From assembly GCA_002311875.1 (NCBI GenBank), contig DCAD01000029.1, positions 35,597-99,596 on the forward strand: a DNA stretch of 64,000 nt, in the 5' to 3' direction. Under the pieces are notes generated by a model. It did no database searches. It was given only the letters and a program-made list of their open reading frames with translations, and was not told the origin of the DNA. Source of the stretch: Gemmatimonadales bacterium UBA1142. GTDB lineage: Bacteria; Gemmatimonadota; Gemmatimonadetes; Longimicrobiales; Gaopeijiaceae. Every line of letters begins with the position of its first letter. Position 1 is the stretch's first letter. The translations under genes were made by a program, and so were the position numbers. Shown here piece by piece: positions 18,947 through 28,390 of the stretch.

Positions 18947-19638
18947 CTAATGTCTCCTCCGCGTGAGAGAGAAGTCACTCCTGAGTCATATTGCCGGCTA
19001 GCTCTAGCCACCTCGATAAAGCGGCGCATTAGCTCAGGGTCCTTACAGCCTTGTAGCGACTCGACGCCGGATGAAACATCCAATACGTCTGGCTGAAAGC
19101 GAACTGCAGCGTCTGCCACGTTCTCGGGTGTAAGACCTCCAGCCAGAATGAAGTGAGCCTCAGAAGGGAGAGGTTCACGTATAACTCTCGGATCAAGTGC
19201 CAGTTTAACACCCGCCCCACCGATAACCCCTTCTTTCCAACCTTCCAGCAGGAACCCGTCCACCAAGTTACCACAAGCATCGGCCACACGTCGGATGTCA
19301 TCCATTGACCGAGCGCGAATTCCCTTCCAAATGAGCCAGTCCCCCCGGCGACGTATCTCTTGTATTACGGCGGTGGGCTCATCACCATGAAGTTGCACAA
19401 CGGCCGCCCCAATCTCTTCGGCCGCAGATATCGAATTCTCTAGGTTCTCGTCCACGAGAACCGCAACCTTTGGAGAACGTACACCTTCGACTAGGGCCCG
19501 GGCTTCGAGCAGCCTTACCGTTCGGGAAAATCCTGAGGAGAGAACAAAACCGAGAAAGTCTGCTCCAAGCTCGTCAGCTAGCAAAATATCTTCTCTTCGC
19601 TGTAGACCGCAGATCTTAACGAGCGGGGGATCAGCCAT
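18943..19638 (-). CDS. trpF: Phosphoribosylanthranilate isomerase
   Basis: VKICGL opening, [16 protein letters not shown] overlap with trpB. Confidence 0.9.
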   Translation of the reverse strand: MADPPLVKICGLQRREDILLADELGADFLGFVLSSGFSRTVRLLEARALVEGVRSPKVAVLVDENLENSISAAEEIGAAVVQLHGDEPTAVIQEIRRRGDWLIWKGIRARSMDDIRRVADACGNLVDGFLLEGWKEGVIGGAGVKLALDPRVIREPLPSEAHFILAGGLTPENVADAAVRFQPDVLDVSSGVESLQGCKDPELMRRFIEVARASRQYDSGVTSLSRGGDIR

Positions 19639-20521
19639 GGGCTCGCTCCGTGCGTGCTACCTGTGCCATCTCGTGTGCAGCTGCTCCGGGATCGGGAGAT
19701 CTAAGTAGCGACTCACCGACTAGTATTGCATCGATCCCTACCGCGCTGAGTCGATCCACGTCTCGAGTAACACGGATACCGCTTTCGGATACCACCAACA
19801 CATCCTCCGGGACCCCCTCTAATAGTCGGATTGTCGTATCCAAGTCAGTCGTAAAAGTCGCAAGGTCTCGGTTGTTGATGCCTATGATCTGGGCTCCTGC
19901 ATCCAAAGCACGCCTCAGTTCACGCTCATCGTGTACCTCCACAAGAGCCGACATGCCGAGTCCTGCAGCCTCAGCCATCAAGCTTCTAAGAACCGCATCG
20001 TCCAAGATACGAACGATCAGTAGGACAGCGTCCGCTCCGGCGGCTCGACCTTCCACAACTTGCAAAGGATCAAGTGTGAAGTCCTTACGCAGGATTGGCA
20101 GGTTGGTTGCTTCCCGTGCAACTCGTAAGTCTTCAAGGGAGCCACCGAAGTAAGGGGCATCGGTGAGAACACTCAATGCAGCTGCCCCCGCTTCCTCATA
20201 GGATCGTGAGAGTGTTTCTAGCTCCAGGTGGGGACGAATCAGGCCAGCACCCGGTGAGCGGCGCTTACATTCCGCAATTAGAGACACGCGTTCAGGGGAC
20301 CTAATTACACTCAGAAAATCACGGATAGGAGGAGAATCAACGACCTTTGCCTCAAGCCCCCTCGCCTGAGTTCGAAGCGCGGCAACTTCTCCGCGCTTCT
20401 TTTCTACAATCTCCGCGAGGATGCCGGGAAGTGAGTCAGCACATTGCGTTTCGGGCAACGTTCGGGTATCCTTACTTCGGTGCCTATTCGGGTTATTAAC
20501 CGTACGGAGGGTGCGAACCAT
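19631..20521 (-). CDS. trpC: Indole-3-glycerol-phosphate synthase
   Basis: ILAEIVEKKRGEV, IAECKRRSPGAG, ILRKDF, LVEVHD, IGINNRDL. Start ambiguous: either ATG at 20521 (overlaps the lexA ATG as CATG) or TTG at 20458, which is preceded by AAGGA 10 nt upstream. Confidence 0.92.
   Translation of the reverse strand: MVRTLRTVNNPNRHRSKDTRTLPETQCADSLPGILAEIVEKKRGEVAALRTQARGLEAKVVDSPPIRDFLSVIRSPERVSLIAECKRRSPGAGLIRPHLELETLSRSYEEAGAAALSVLTDAPYFGGSLEDLRVAREATNLPILRKDFTLDPLQVVEGRAAGADAVLLIVRILDDAVLRSLMAEAAGLGMSALVEVHDERELRRALDAGAQIIGINNRDLATFTTDLDTTIRLLEGVPEDVLVVSESGIRVTRDVDRLSAVGIDAILVGESLLRSPDPGAAAHEMAQVARTERAHG
20450..20507. promoter_or_regulatory. Candidate lexA/trpC divergent control region: four phased TTCGG(G) repeats plus the palindromes GTTATTAAC and CCGTACGG
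   Basis: TTCGGG at 20450, 20461 and 20487; TTCGG at 20476 (spacing 11/15/11 bp). GTTA-T-TAAC at 20492-20500 and CCGTACGG at 20500-20507. A possible sigma70-like TTACTT-N16-TATTAA lies at 20472-20499, and the lexA Shine-Dalgarno (SD) GGAGGG at 20506-20511. Function not established. Confidence 0.3.
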
Positions 20522-21128
20522 GCCCCTGACGAAGCGTCAGAAGGAAATCCTTGACTACATCGGAGGCTTCATTGGCGACAGAGGGTATGCACCGAGCTTT
20601 GAGGAGATCGCCGAATTTTTCGGGTACTCCTCGCTCGCAACGGTCCACGAGCACCTTAGCAATCTGGAGCGCAAGGGCTACATAAGGAAGTCCTATAACG
20701 AGAGTCGGTCGGTCGAACTCGTAAGCCAGGATCACGGAGAGCTCTCTATTGAGCTTCCCCTACTCGGTGCGATTGCTGCGGGACTCCCCATCGAAGCAGT
20801 GACCGACAACGAAACTCTTACGGTGCCACCTGATATGGTCCGGAGAAGAAAAGACAACTATGTCCTCCGGGTCGAGGGTAACTCCATGATCGAGGAGCAG
20901 ATTCGGGATGGGGACTACATCGTGGTCCAGGCTCAGGAAAGCGCTGAAGATGGACAAATGGTGGTAGCCCTAGTGTCGGGTGAATCTGCTACCGTAAAGA
21001 AGCTATATCGGGAGGCCGGAAACCAGATCCGTCTGCAGCCCGCGAATCCCACCATGGGCTCAATCATGGTGGACGCGGATGAGGTTCAGGTCCAGGGAGT
21101 GGTCGTCGGCGTCATCCGTAAGTACTGA
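20520..21128 (+). CDS. lexA: LexA repressor (SOS regulator, S24 self-cleaving peptidase)
   Basis: I start it at the internal ATG at 20520 (MPLTKRQKEILDYI...), preceded by GGAGGG 8 nt upstream. Winged-helix N-domain, Ala-Gly cleavage site (IAAGLP), catalytic Ser (GNSM) and Lys (TVKK). Confidence 0.92.
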   Translation: MPLTKRQKEILDYIGGFIGDRGYAPSFEEIAEFFGYSSLATVHEHLSNLERKGYIRKSYNESRSVELVSQDHGELSIELPLLGAIAAGLPIEAVTDNETLTVPPDMVRRRKDNYVLRVEGNSMIEEQIRDGDYIVVQAQESAEDGQMVVALVSGESATVKKLYREAGNQIRLQPANPTMGSIMVDADEVQVQGVVVGVIRKY

Positions 21129-21165
21129 AAATACTCTTTGGAGCTGACCACTCCTCGAGCCTCTG

Positions 21166-22230
21166 TCACACGTTGCTTGCTGTCCTCAGGCGTTCCAGTG
21201 CAGCAGCAGCAGCACCCGAATCGATACTGGATGTAGCAAGGCTGACACCTTCCTGCAGTGAAGCTGACTGACCACCTACCGTGATCGCTGCCGCGGCATT
21301 AAGCAATACGGCCGTCCGGGCTCCCCCCTCGTGTCCTGCAAGAACGCTCTGGATGACCGAAGCGTTGTACTCAGGATCACCGCCAGCAAGAGATTCGAGA
21401 GTGGCCGGCTCAAGCCCAAGTAGCTCTGGTGTTACTTCGTACTCAACGATCCCAGAATCCGATAACTCAGAGATATACGTGACCCCTGATGGACTGATTT
21501 CATCCATGCCCGGATCGCCATGTACGACAAGAGCTCGCAAATGTCCGATCTCCTGTAGAGCCCTTGCCACCAGGCCACGCAAGCGAGGGTCTGCCACACC
21601 CATGACCTGTCGGAGAGCTCCTGCCGGATTGGTGAGAGGTCCCAGGATATTCATGATTGTGGTGATCCCCAACTCTCGACGGACGGGTCCGACATAGCGC
21701 ATAGCAGGGTGTAGGAGAGGTGCGAACATAAAGACGATACCCTCCTCCTCCAGGATCTCCGCCATTCTTTCGGGCGTGAGATTGATGTCCACTCCAAGTG
21801 CCTCAAGCACGTCAGCACTTCCACTTCGTGAAGTGAACGACCGATTGCCGTGCTTCGCGATGGGAATGCCTGCCCCAGCGGCAACCAATGCAGCTGCCGT
21901 GGAGATGTTAAACGTGGTGACCACCCCTCCACCCGTACCGGCTGTATCGACCAATCTTCCAGGATCTGATGAACGCACCGATACCATGGCTTTCCGGAGT
22001 GCACGAACTCCTCCGGCAATTTCGGTATGATTAGCACCTTTCGTCCGTAATCCCGTCAGGAGACCTGCCATTTCAACCTCTGAGGCGGACCCGTCCATAA
22101 ATCGATCAAACGCCGCCTCGGACTCCGCCGCAGTTAGGTTTACCCCTTCGACAACCTTTCCTATCAGGTCTACCAGCTGGACATTCCCAACCTTTTCGGA
22201 CACGCTCGTTCTCCCGGGTTCGGATACCAT
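21166..22230 (-). CDS. trpD: Anthranilate phosphoribosyltransferase
   Basis: VDTAGTGGGVVTTFNISTAAALV, KHGNRSFTSRSGSADVLEALG. Confidence 0.94.
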   Translation of the reverse strand: MVSEPGRTSVSEKVGNVQLVDLIGKVVEGVNLTAAESEAAFDRFMDGSASEVEMAGLLTGLRTKGANHTEIAGGVRALRKAMVSVRSSDPGRLVDTAGTGGGVVTTFNISTAAALVAAGAGIPIAKHGNRSFTSRSGSADVLEALGVDINLTPERMAEILEEEGIVFMFAPLLHPAMRYVGPVRRELGITTIMNILGPLTNPAGALRQVMGVADPRLRGLVARALQEIGHLRALVVHGDPGMDEISPSGVTYISELSDSGIVEYEVTPELLGLEPATLESLAGGDPEYNASVIQSVLAGHEGGARTAVLLNAAAAITVGGQSASLQEGVSLATSSIDSGAAAAALERLRTASNV

Positions 22231-22295
22231 CGCTCTTGATTGAAATCCTAAGCATCACACGGTCTTTCAGCTAATCCGCTGGGTTTGTGATACGC

Positions 22296-22323
22296 TTGAC
22301 ATCAACCCCTTCAGATCTACCTT
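22296..22323 (+). promoter_or_regulatory. Candidate sigma70-type promoter for truA (TTGACA-N16-TACCTT)
   Basis: Perfect -35 TTGACA at 22296-22301 and a weak -10 TACCTT at 22318-22323. This would put the transcription start about at the GTG start codon (22330). Confidence 0.25.
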
Positions 22324-22329
22324 CTTGCG

Positions 22330-23142
22330 GTGGAATCCCCGCAAGATGTACGACTAAGGCTCACTGTCCATTACGACGGATTGGCGTTCCACGGCTGGCA
22401 GTCTCAACCAGACCGGAGAACTGTACAAGGGGAACTCCTGTCGGCCCTAAGCAACCTGGCTGACAGGTCAGTTTCTATCATCGGAGCCGGTCGCACCGAT
22501 ACTGGCGTGCACGCAACAGGTCAAGTCGCGTGTGTGGACATGCCTGCGTCATGGACCCCAGAAAATCTTCGGCGATCCCTTAACGCGCTACTACCACCCG
22601 AAATCTGGATCAAGTCCTCAAGTATAGCTCAGCCGGACTTTCATCCTCGGTACGATGCCATAGCCCGAACCTATCGATATCAGGTGGGGATTGAACCCAA
22701 AGCGCGTTCTCCGTTTCATGCACGAACCTGTTGGGTGCTTGAAAATCAACTCGACCATGAACTCCTAGAATCCGGAGCCGGAGAACTCGTGGGGAAACAC
22801 TCCTTCGAAGCATTCGCAAAGTCAGGCCAACCTGAGCGGGGTTATCACTGTAGTGTCTCCGCGGCGAATTGGAGTCATTGGGACCTCGGTTTCCGCTTTG
22901 AAATCACAGCCAATCGCTACCTTCACCGTATGGTTCGGTATCTGGTCGGAACAATGGTCGACATCGCTCGAGGAAAACGCCACAAGGAGGACCTCGGCAG
23001 GCTTCTCCGCACTGAGCCAGGTCCTACCACGTCACCACCCGCACCACCCAAGGGTCTCTTCTTAGTGCACGTGCAGTACCCCGAGCACTCTGCATTGCCC
23101 CAAGTTCCCAGAGCCCCCTCAAAGAGCACGGCTAACGTATGA
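22330..23142 (+). CDS. truA: tRNA pseudouridine(38-40) synthase
   Basis: [12 protein letters not shown], catalytic-Asp motif [25 protein letters not shown] start. Confidence 0.93.
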   Translation: MESPQDVRLRLTVHYDGLAFHGWQSQPDRRTVQGELLSALSNLADRSVSIIGAGRTDTGVHATGQVACVDMPASWTPENLRRSLNALLPPEIWIKSSSIAQPDFHPRYDAIARTYRYQVGIEPKARSPFHARTCWVLENQLDHELLESGAGELVGKHSFEAFAKSGQPERGYHCSVSAANWSHWDLGFRFEITANRYLHRMVRYLVGTMVDIARGKRHKEDLGRLLRTEPGPTTSPPAPPKGLFLVHVQYPEHSALPQVPRAPSKSTANV

Positions 23143-23795
23143 AGATTTTCTTGGACACTGCTGACGTTGGAGAAATCCACCGGGCGTCAGACGCAGGACT
23201 TATCGACGGAATCACGACGAATCCTTCCCTTATCTCCAAGATCGCTGGAAACCGTGATCCTAAAGAGATTTACCTTGAGATCTGTGAGATCGTCGACGGC
23301 CCGGTCAGTCTGGAAGTCGTTGCGATTGAACGCGCGAGAATGGTGGAAGAAGGCAGAAAACTTGCGGGAATTCACGAGAATGCTGTGGTGAAGGTTCCCC
23401 TCACAGAGGATGGCCTAAAAGCTTGCCGGGACCTCGTCAGCACCGGGATCCGCGTGAATGTCACCCTGTGCTTCTCAGCCTCGCAGGCGTTGTTCGCTGC
23501 TAAGGCAGGCGCAAGCTACATATCACCATTTGTTGGTCGAATCGATGACATCTCAGGGGAGGGCATGCAGCTCATCCATCAGATTCGCCAGATCTATGAT
23601 GGCTATGGTTATGCTACTGAGATTCTAGCCGCCTCTATCAGGCACCCTCTGCACGTTGTGGAGTCGATGACACTTGGTGCTGATTGCTGCACGATTCCGC
23701 CCAAAGTCTTATGGCAGTTGGTTGAACACCCTTTGACGGACAGAGGACTGGAAGCTTTTCTGGCGGACTGGGACAAGTCGGGAGCTGAACTCTGA
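23139..23795 (+). CDS. tal: Transaldolase, short (fructose-6-phosphate aldolase-like) type
   Basis: 218 aa. [25 protein letters not shown] (Schiff-base Lys), ISPFVGR. Confidence 0.9.
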   Translation: MKIFLDTADVGEIHRASDAGLIDGITTNPSLISKIAGNRDPKEIYLEICEIVDGPVSLEVVAIERARMVEEGRKLAGIHENAVVKVPLTEDGLKACRDLVSTGIRVNVTLCFSASQALFAAKAGASYISPFVGRIDDISGEGMQLIHQIRQIYDGYGYATEILAASIRHPLHVVESMTLGADCCTIPPKVLWQLVEHPLTDRGLEAFLADWDKSGAEL

Positions 23796-23843
23796 GCGAA
23801 GTCAGCCCCGGATTGGGCTCGGTATAAAGGAGGACGCAGAAGA

Positions 23844-25346
23844 GTGAAAATTGTTAGAGGTCGGTCGGTAAGAGGATTCTGTATTGAGTGCATCCCGTTG
23901 TTACTACTGGTAGGATGCGCGCCCGACACCGATCGGGATCAAGCACCTGATGCTGGCTTGGATACTCCACCGCTGCTTGCCGAACTAACCTCAGTGTCTG
24001 CCCCGTTAGCGGTCGTCACTGAGCCACACCAGGAGAGCACGTCGCGCCCCACGGACGAACTCCCCCAGAGCCGCAGTACAGCAATCGTCCAGGCAGCGAA
24101 CCGTGTCGCCCCAGCTGTCGTGAGCATTAGCGTGATTCGTACTAGAAGCACGAGAGCCACGTCAATGTGGGAGAGTTTCTTCATGCCGCCTCAAAGGAGA
24201 AGCGCAGGCTTCGGGTCAGGCGTAATTGTGCGCAGCGATGGTATCGTGCTAACCAATGACCATGTCATCGCTAATGCCGAACAGATTCTAGTGACTCTTC
24301 CAGGCGGAGGTGACTTTGACGCAGAATTGATCGGTACCGACCCACTCGCGGATATCGCGGTACTAGTTATAGAAGGGGAAAACCTACCGGTCGCTCCCCT
24401 GGGAACGGTTGAAGGCCTCATGATCGGGGAGTGGGCTATCGCCATCGGGAATCCACTTGGGACGCAAGCTGCCGACACTGAGCCAACTGTCACGGCAGGG
24501 GTGATCTCCGCATTAAACCGCAACATCGTGCCGTCTGCGTATAGAGAATCTGCGAATAATGAAGGGTTCTACCTCGGCATGATCCAGACAGACGCCTCGA
24601 TTAATCCCGGCAACTCGGGTGGACCACTGGTCAATGCAGCTGGAGAGGTCATCGGGATCAATACATCAATCATATCTCGTAGCGGTGGCAGCGAGGGGTT
24701 AGGCTTTGCGATTCCGATTGACAGAGCCCTGAAGATCACTGACGATTTGCTGCGCCTCGGAGAGGTTCAACGGGCCTGGGTTGGGCTCGAAGTGGAACCG
24801 GTAGAGGCGGACGCTTGGGGTCGCACACGAGGAGTTCGCATCGCAAGGGTCGCTCCAAGCTCGCCCGGAGATCGAGCCGCATTCAAGCCCGGAGATCGAC
24901 TTCTCGCAGTCAATGGTCGCGCGCTTACGGGTCCTCTGGATTTCGAAGGCGCTCTCTTAGATCTCCGATCTGGGGATCGTCTCGAAATAGAAGTCGATGG
25001 ACAATCCCAGTTGATCTTGCTGGAAGCTGAGCGGTTCCCGTCGATTATAGCTGAACGTGTTACAGTTTTGATGGATCTCGAACTCGTGACCGTGACGCCA
25101 GAGATCATCGGGGAGCGTGACATTAGCAGTGAACAGGGTGCATTAGTCACCGGGGTCTCCGACCAACTCTCTCGCCAACTCGGCATTAGAGTTGGCGACG
25201 TAATCATCGGTATCAACCAGACTGTCGTCGTAACCGCTGGTGAGGTCGCCTCTATATTTGATTCTTTGGGCGGCAGCGGGAGAATCACGTTGCACTTCGA
25301 GCGTAACGGAGGCTACAACATGCGTCAGTTCTACTGGAGACGATGA
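23844..25346 (+). CDS. HtrA/DegP-family periplasmic serine protease with two PDZ domains, probable lipoprotein
   Basis: Lipobox-like LLLVGC near the N-terminus. Catalytic triad context TNDHV, DIAVL, GNSGGPL. Two PDZ-like segments. GTG start. Confidence 0.88.
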   Translation: MKIVRGRSVRGFCIECIPLLLLVGCAPDTDRDQAPDAGLDTPPLLAELTSVSAPLAVVTEPHQESTSRPTDELPQSRSTAIVQAANRVAPAVVSISVIRTRSTRATSMWESFFMPPQRRSAGFGSGVIVRSDGIVLTNDHVIANAEQILVTLPGGGDFDAELIGTDPLADIAVLVIEGENLPVAPLGTVEGLMIGEWAIAIGNPLGTQAADTEPTVTAGVISALNRNIVPSAYRESANNEGFYLGMIQTDASINPGNSGGPLVNAAGEVIGINTSIISRSGGSEGLGFAIPIDRALKITDDLLRLGEVQRAWVGLEVEPVEADAWGRTRGVRIARVAPSSPGDRAAFKPGDRLLAVNGRALTGPLDFEGALLDLRSGDRLEIEVDGQSQLILLEAERFPSIIAERVTVLMDLELVTVTPEIIGERDISSEQGALVTGVSDQLSRQLGIRVGDVIIGINQTVVVTAGEVASIFDSLGGSGRITLHFERNGGYNMRQFYWRR

Positions 25347-26791
25347 GCGTGAAGGGTATGAACCGCTATATACACCCCCTCACGGATCGATACGCCTCCC
25401 CGCAGATGCAAGAGGTCTTCTCACCGATCCGGAAGTTCGGTACCTGGCGTCGGCTTTGGTTAGCGCTCGCAGAGTCGCAGGCTGAACTCGGCCTGAACAT
25501 TTCTGACGAGGCACTGACGCAGATGCGTGCGGCACTGGACACGATTGACCTGGAAGCAGCAGCCGAGTATGAGCGCCGATTCCGTCATGATGTCATGGCG
25601 CATGTGCACCTCTTCGGGGACGCAGCACCAGCTGCTAGGGCTGTGATTCACCTAGGAGCTACCAGCGCTTTCATCGGCGACAACACCGATCTAATTCTCC
25701 ACCGTGAAGCGCTGCTACTGACTCTGAACCGAGTCGTGCGTTGTATTTCGGCCCTCGCGATTTTCGCGGAAGACTACGCCTCCCTTCCGACCCTGGCCTA
25801 CACGCACTTCCAGCCAGCTCAACCTACGACCGTCGGCAAACGCGCAACCCTTTGGGGCCAGGATTTACTTCTAGATCTCGAAGAACTTGAACACCGAATC
25901 TCATCGCTTCGATTCAGGGGTGTTCGGGGCACAACCGGTACGCAGGCCTCCTTCCTAGAACTGTTCAATGGGGATCACGGTAAGGTTGATGCCTTAGACG
26001 CAGCAGTCGGACTGCGTATGGGCTTCGAAAGCAGCTACTCATTGAGTGGGCAGACATACCCTCGCAAGGTGGACTTCGCCGTTCAAAGCACTTTAGCTGG
26101 AGTCGCTACCTCATTGTCAAAAATGGCGCACGACTGGAGGATTCTAGCTCACCTGGGTGAGGTCGAAGAACCATTCGAAGCTGAGCAAATCGGCTCATCC
26201 GCGATGCCGTACAAGCGGAATCCGATGAGATCAGAGAGAATCTGCGCACTTGCCCGCCACGTGATCGTGCTCGCACAGAATCCTGCTTTCACGGCCGCCA
26301 CCCAGTGGCTTGAGCGCACACTCGATGATTCAGCAAACCGACGAATCTCAATCCCGGATGCCTTCATGGCACTCGACGGCTGTCTGGTCCTCGCTGAGAA
26401 CGTAGCGAAAGGACTGACCGTTAATCCGAAAGTAGTCGAAAAAAATCTTTCGGAACACCTTCCCTTCATGGCAACAGAGACGATCTTGATGCGCGCAACA
26501 GCGCGTGGTGGGGACCGCCAAGACCTGCACGAGCGCATCCGGCAGCACTCGATTGAAGCAACGACAATGATGAAGGAAGGAAACAGTGAAACAGATCTTC
26601 TCCAGCGTATCGCCGAGGACAAAGCGTTCGATATCAGTGCGAAAGAGCTGGCAGAGTTAGTGAATCCGAAGCGCTTCGTGGGTCGAGCGCCTGAGCAGGT
26701 CGCTCACTTCCTACGTGAGCATGTGACACCTATGCTGGAGCGGCTTGGGGACAAGGCTGAGAAACTACAATCAACTGAATTACATGTTTGA
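25343..26791 (+). CDS. purB: Adenylosuccinate lyase
   Basis: HLGATSAFI, signature GSSAMPYKRNP. 482-aa long form. Confidence 0.94.
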   Translation: MSVKGMNRYIHPLTDRYASPQMQEVFSPIRKFGTWRRLWLALAESQAELGLNISDEALTQMRAALDTIDLEAAAEYERRFRHDVMAHVHLFGDAAPAARAVIHLGATSAFIGDNTDLILHREALLLTLNRVVRCISALAIFAEDYASLPTLAYTHFQPAQPTTVGKRATLWGQDLLLDLEELEHRISSLRFRGVRGTTGTQASFLELFNGDHGKVDALDAAVGLRMGFESSYSLSGQTYPRKVDFAVQSTLAGVATSLSKMAHDWRILAHLGEVEEPFEAEQIGSSAMPYKRNPMRSERICALARHVIVLAQNPAFTAATQWLERTLDDSANRRISIPDAFMALDGCLVLAENVAKGLTVNPKVVEKNLSEHLPFMATETILMRATARGGDRQDLHERIRQHSIEATTMMKEGNSETDLLQRIAEDKAFDISAKELAELVNPKRFVGRAPEQVAHFLREHVTPMLERLGDKAEKLQSTELHV

Positions 26792-27731
26792 AGACACGGC
26801 CGTCCTGGAATCGGAACTGGATCTCCCACTACTCCATCGGGGCAAGGTCCGTGATGTCTACGAGGTCGACGAAGACACCTTACTGATGGTGGCCAGCGAC
26901 CGCGTGAGTGCCTTCGACGTAGTCCTCTCCCAGCCCATTCCGAACAAAGGTGAGGTGTTAACGCAGATTACAGCGTGGTGGCTCAAACAACTCGAAAGGC
27001 ATTTGGAGCACCACCTCATTGCTGTCGACCCCGATGCAATCGTGAGACGCCATCCTGAACTGGCCGCGACTCGTCAGGCATGGGTGAGGCGATCGATGCT
27101 GGTCACCCGCACGAACCCGATCCTCGTCGAGTGCGTCATCAGAGGATACATCACGGGGTCAGCTTGGAAGGAGTACCGGCAGAGTGGAACTTTGGCGAAT
27201 GAGCCTCTGGCTGACGGACTTAGAGAAAGTGAGCACCTCAAGCCACCTATTTTCTCACCTTCAACAAAGGCCGAACAAGGCAAACATGACGAGAACATAA
27301 CTTTCGGTCAGGTGGTCGACCTTCTGGGTTCTGATCTGGCTGGTCAACTGCGTGAACTCTCGCTCGAGACCTATCAGTATGGAAGGAAAGTTGCCGAAAA
27401 TTCTGGAATCATCCTGGCGGACACTAAGTTCGAGTTCGGACTGGACCATTCTGGCAAACTGCTTCTGATCGACGAGGTGCTGACACCGGACTCCTCAAGG
27501 TTCTGGCCGAAGGAAAGCTATGAGGTTGGTCGCAGCCAACCGTCGCTCGATAAGCAACCAATTCGGGACTGGCTCGATGCGCTTTCGGACTGGGACAAGT
27601 CACCACCGCCACCCGATCTTCCTGCCGAAGTAGTTCAGGCTGCCGCTGATCGCTACGAAGAAATCTTTCAAAGACTCACTGGCATCCAGCTGGCAGATTT
27701 TCAGCCGCCTCACTTCAGTGAACCCCAGTGA
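26784..27731 (+). CDS. purC: Phosphoribosylaminoimidazole-succinocarboxamide (SAICAR) synthase
   Basis: Started at the internal ATG at 26784 (8-nt overlap with the purB stop). GKVRDVY, ASDRVSAFD, ADTKFEFG, LIDEVLTPDSSRFW. Confidence 0.92.
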   Translation: MFEDTAVLESELDLPLLHRGKVRDVYEVDEDTLLMVASDRVSAFDVVLSQPIPNKGEVLTQITAWWLKQLERHLEHHLIAVDPDAIVRRHPELAATRQAWVRRSMLVTRTNPILVECVIRGYITGSAWKEYRQSGTLANEPLADGLRESEHLKPPIFSPSTKAEQGKHDENITFGQVVDLLGSDLAGQLRELSLETYQYGRKVAENSGIILADTKFEFGLDHSGKLLLIDEVLTPDSSRFWPKESYEVGRSQPSLDKQPIRDWLDALSDWDKSPPPPDLPAEVVQAAADRYEEIFQRLTGIQLADFQPPHFSEPQ

Positions 27732-28390
27732 GCCTTGCCCCTGAGGGTTACCCATTCGTAGCTATTTCGGCTTTGATGGCCATGGCTACCTGGATTATCT
27801 CAATTGCAGGCTTTGGTGGAGGGGCGACCGAAGTTATCGCAGGGCTCTTCACGCTCTTGACCCTCTTCAATCTGTGGTTCTTCCGAGATCCGAATCCGCT
27901 TCATCCTACTGAAGCTGGTTTGGTGCTCGCCCCGGCCGAGGGGCGCGTGATTGATATCTCTGAGGTTGGGGAACCTTCGTTTGTGGGCCGAGCACGAAAG
28001 ATTTCTATCTTCCTTAGCATATTCGACGTACATGTTCAGCGAGCACCCGTCACGGGAGTGGTTAAGCATCGGGAATACCGGCCAGGTGCATATGCCGTCG
28101 CCTGGGCGGACAAGGCCTCAGACAAGAACGAGCAATCTTCAATTGGGATCACTACAGCGAGAGGCAACGTTTTGGTGCGTCAGATAGCGGGTCTAGTGGC
28201 GCGGCGCATCGTCACATATCCGTCACAAGGAGACCGCTTAGAGCGTGGCCAAAGAATTGGAATTATCCGATTTGGCTCCCGTGTTGACCTATTTCTCCCT
28301 CTCGATTGGGAAGTAATGTGCTCCGTGGGAGACCGGACTCGGGTGGGATCTTCGGTTCTAGCTCGGCATCCAGTGGAATCCATCGGATGA
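27728..28390 (+). CDS. psd: Phosphatidylserine decarboxylase proenzyme (short type)
   Basis: 220 aa. N-terminal TM helices, FDVHVQRAP, self-cleavage G-S motif in IRFGSRVD. GTGA overlap with the purC stop. Confidence 0.85.
   Translation: MSLAPEGYPFVAISALMAMATWIISIAGFGGGATEVIAGLFTLLTLFNLWFFRDPNPLHPTEAGLVLAPAEGRVIDISEVGEPSFVGRARKISIFLSIFDVHVQRAPVTGVVKHREYRPGAYAVAWADKASDKNEQSSIGITTARGNVLVRQIAGLVARRIVTYPSQGDRLERGQRIGIIRFGSRVDLFLPLDWEVMCSVGDRTRVGSSVLARHPVESIG

Noticed and set aside
22231-22329. Tryptophan attenuator or leader peptide, or T-box, upstream of trpD
   Set aside because: The minus-strand reading of the 99-nt gap has no small ORF with tandem TGG codons and no terminator/antiterminator-like stems. 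It is too short for a T-box.
24767-25288. 173-aa minus-strand ORF inside htrA (also 24191..24526)
   Set aside because: It is antisense to the PDZ region of a confidently called protease, with a low-complexity Ser/Pro/Arg-rich translation.
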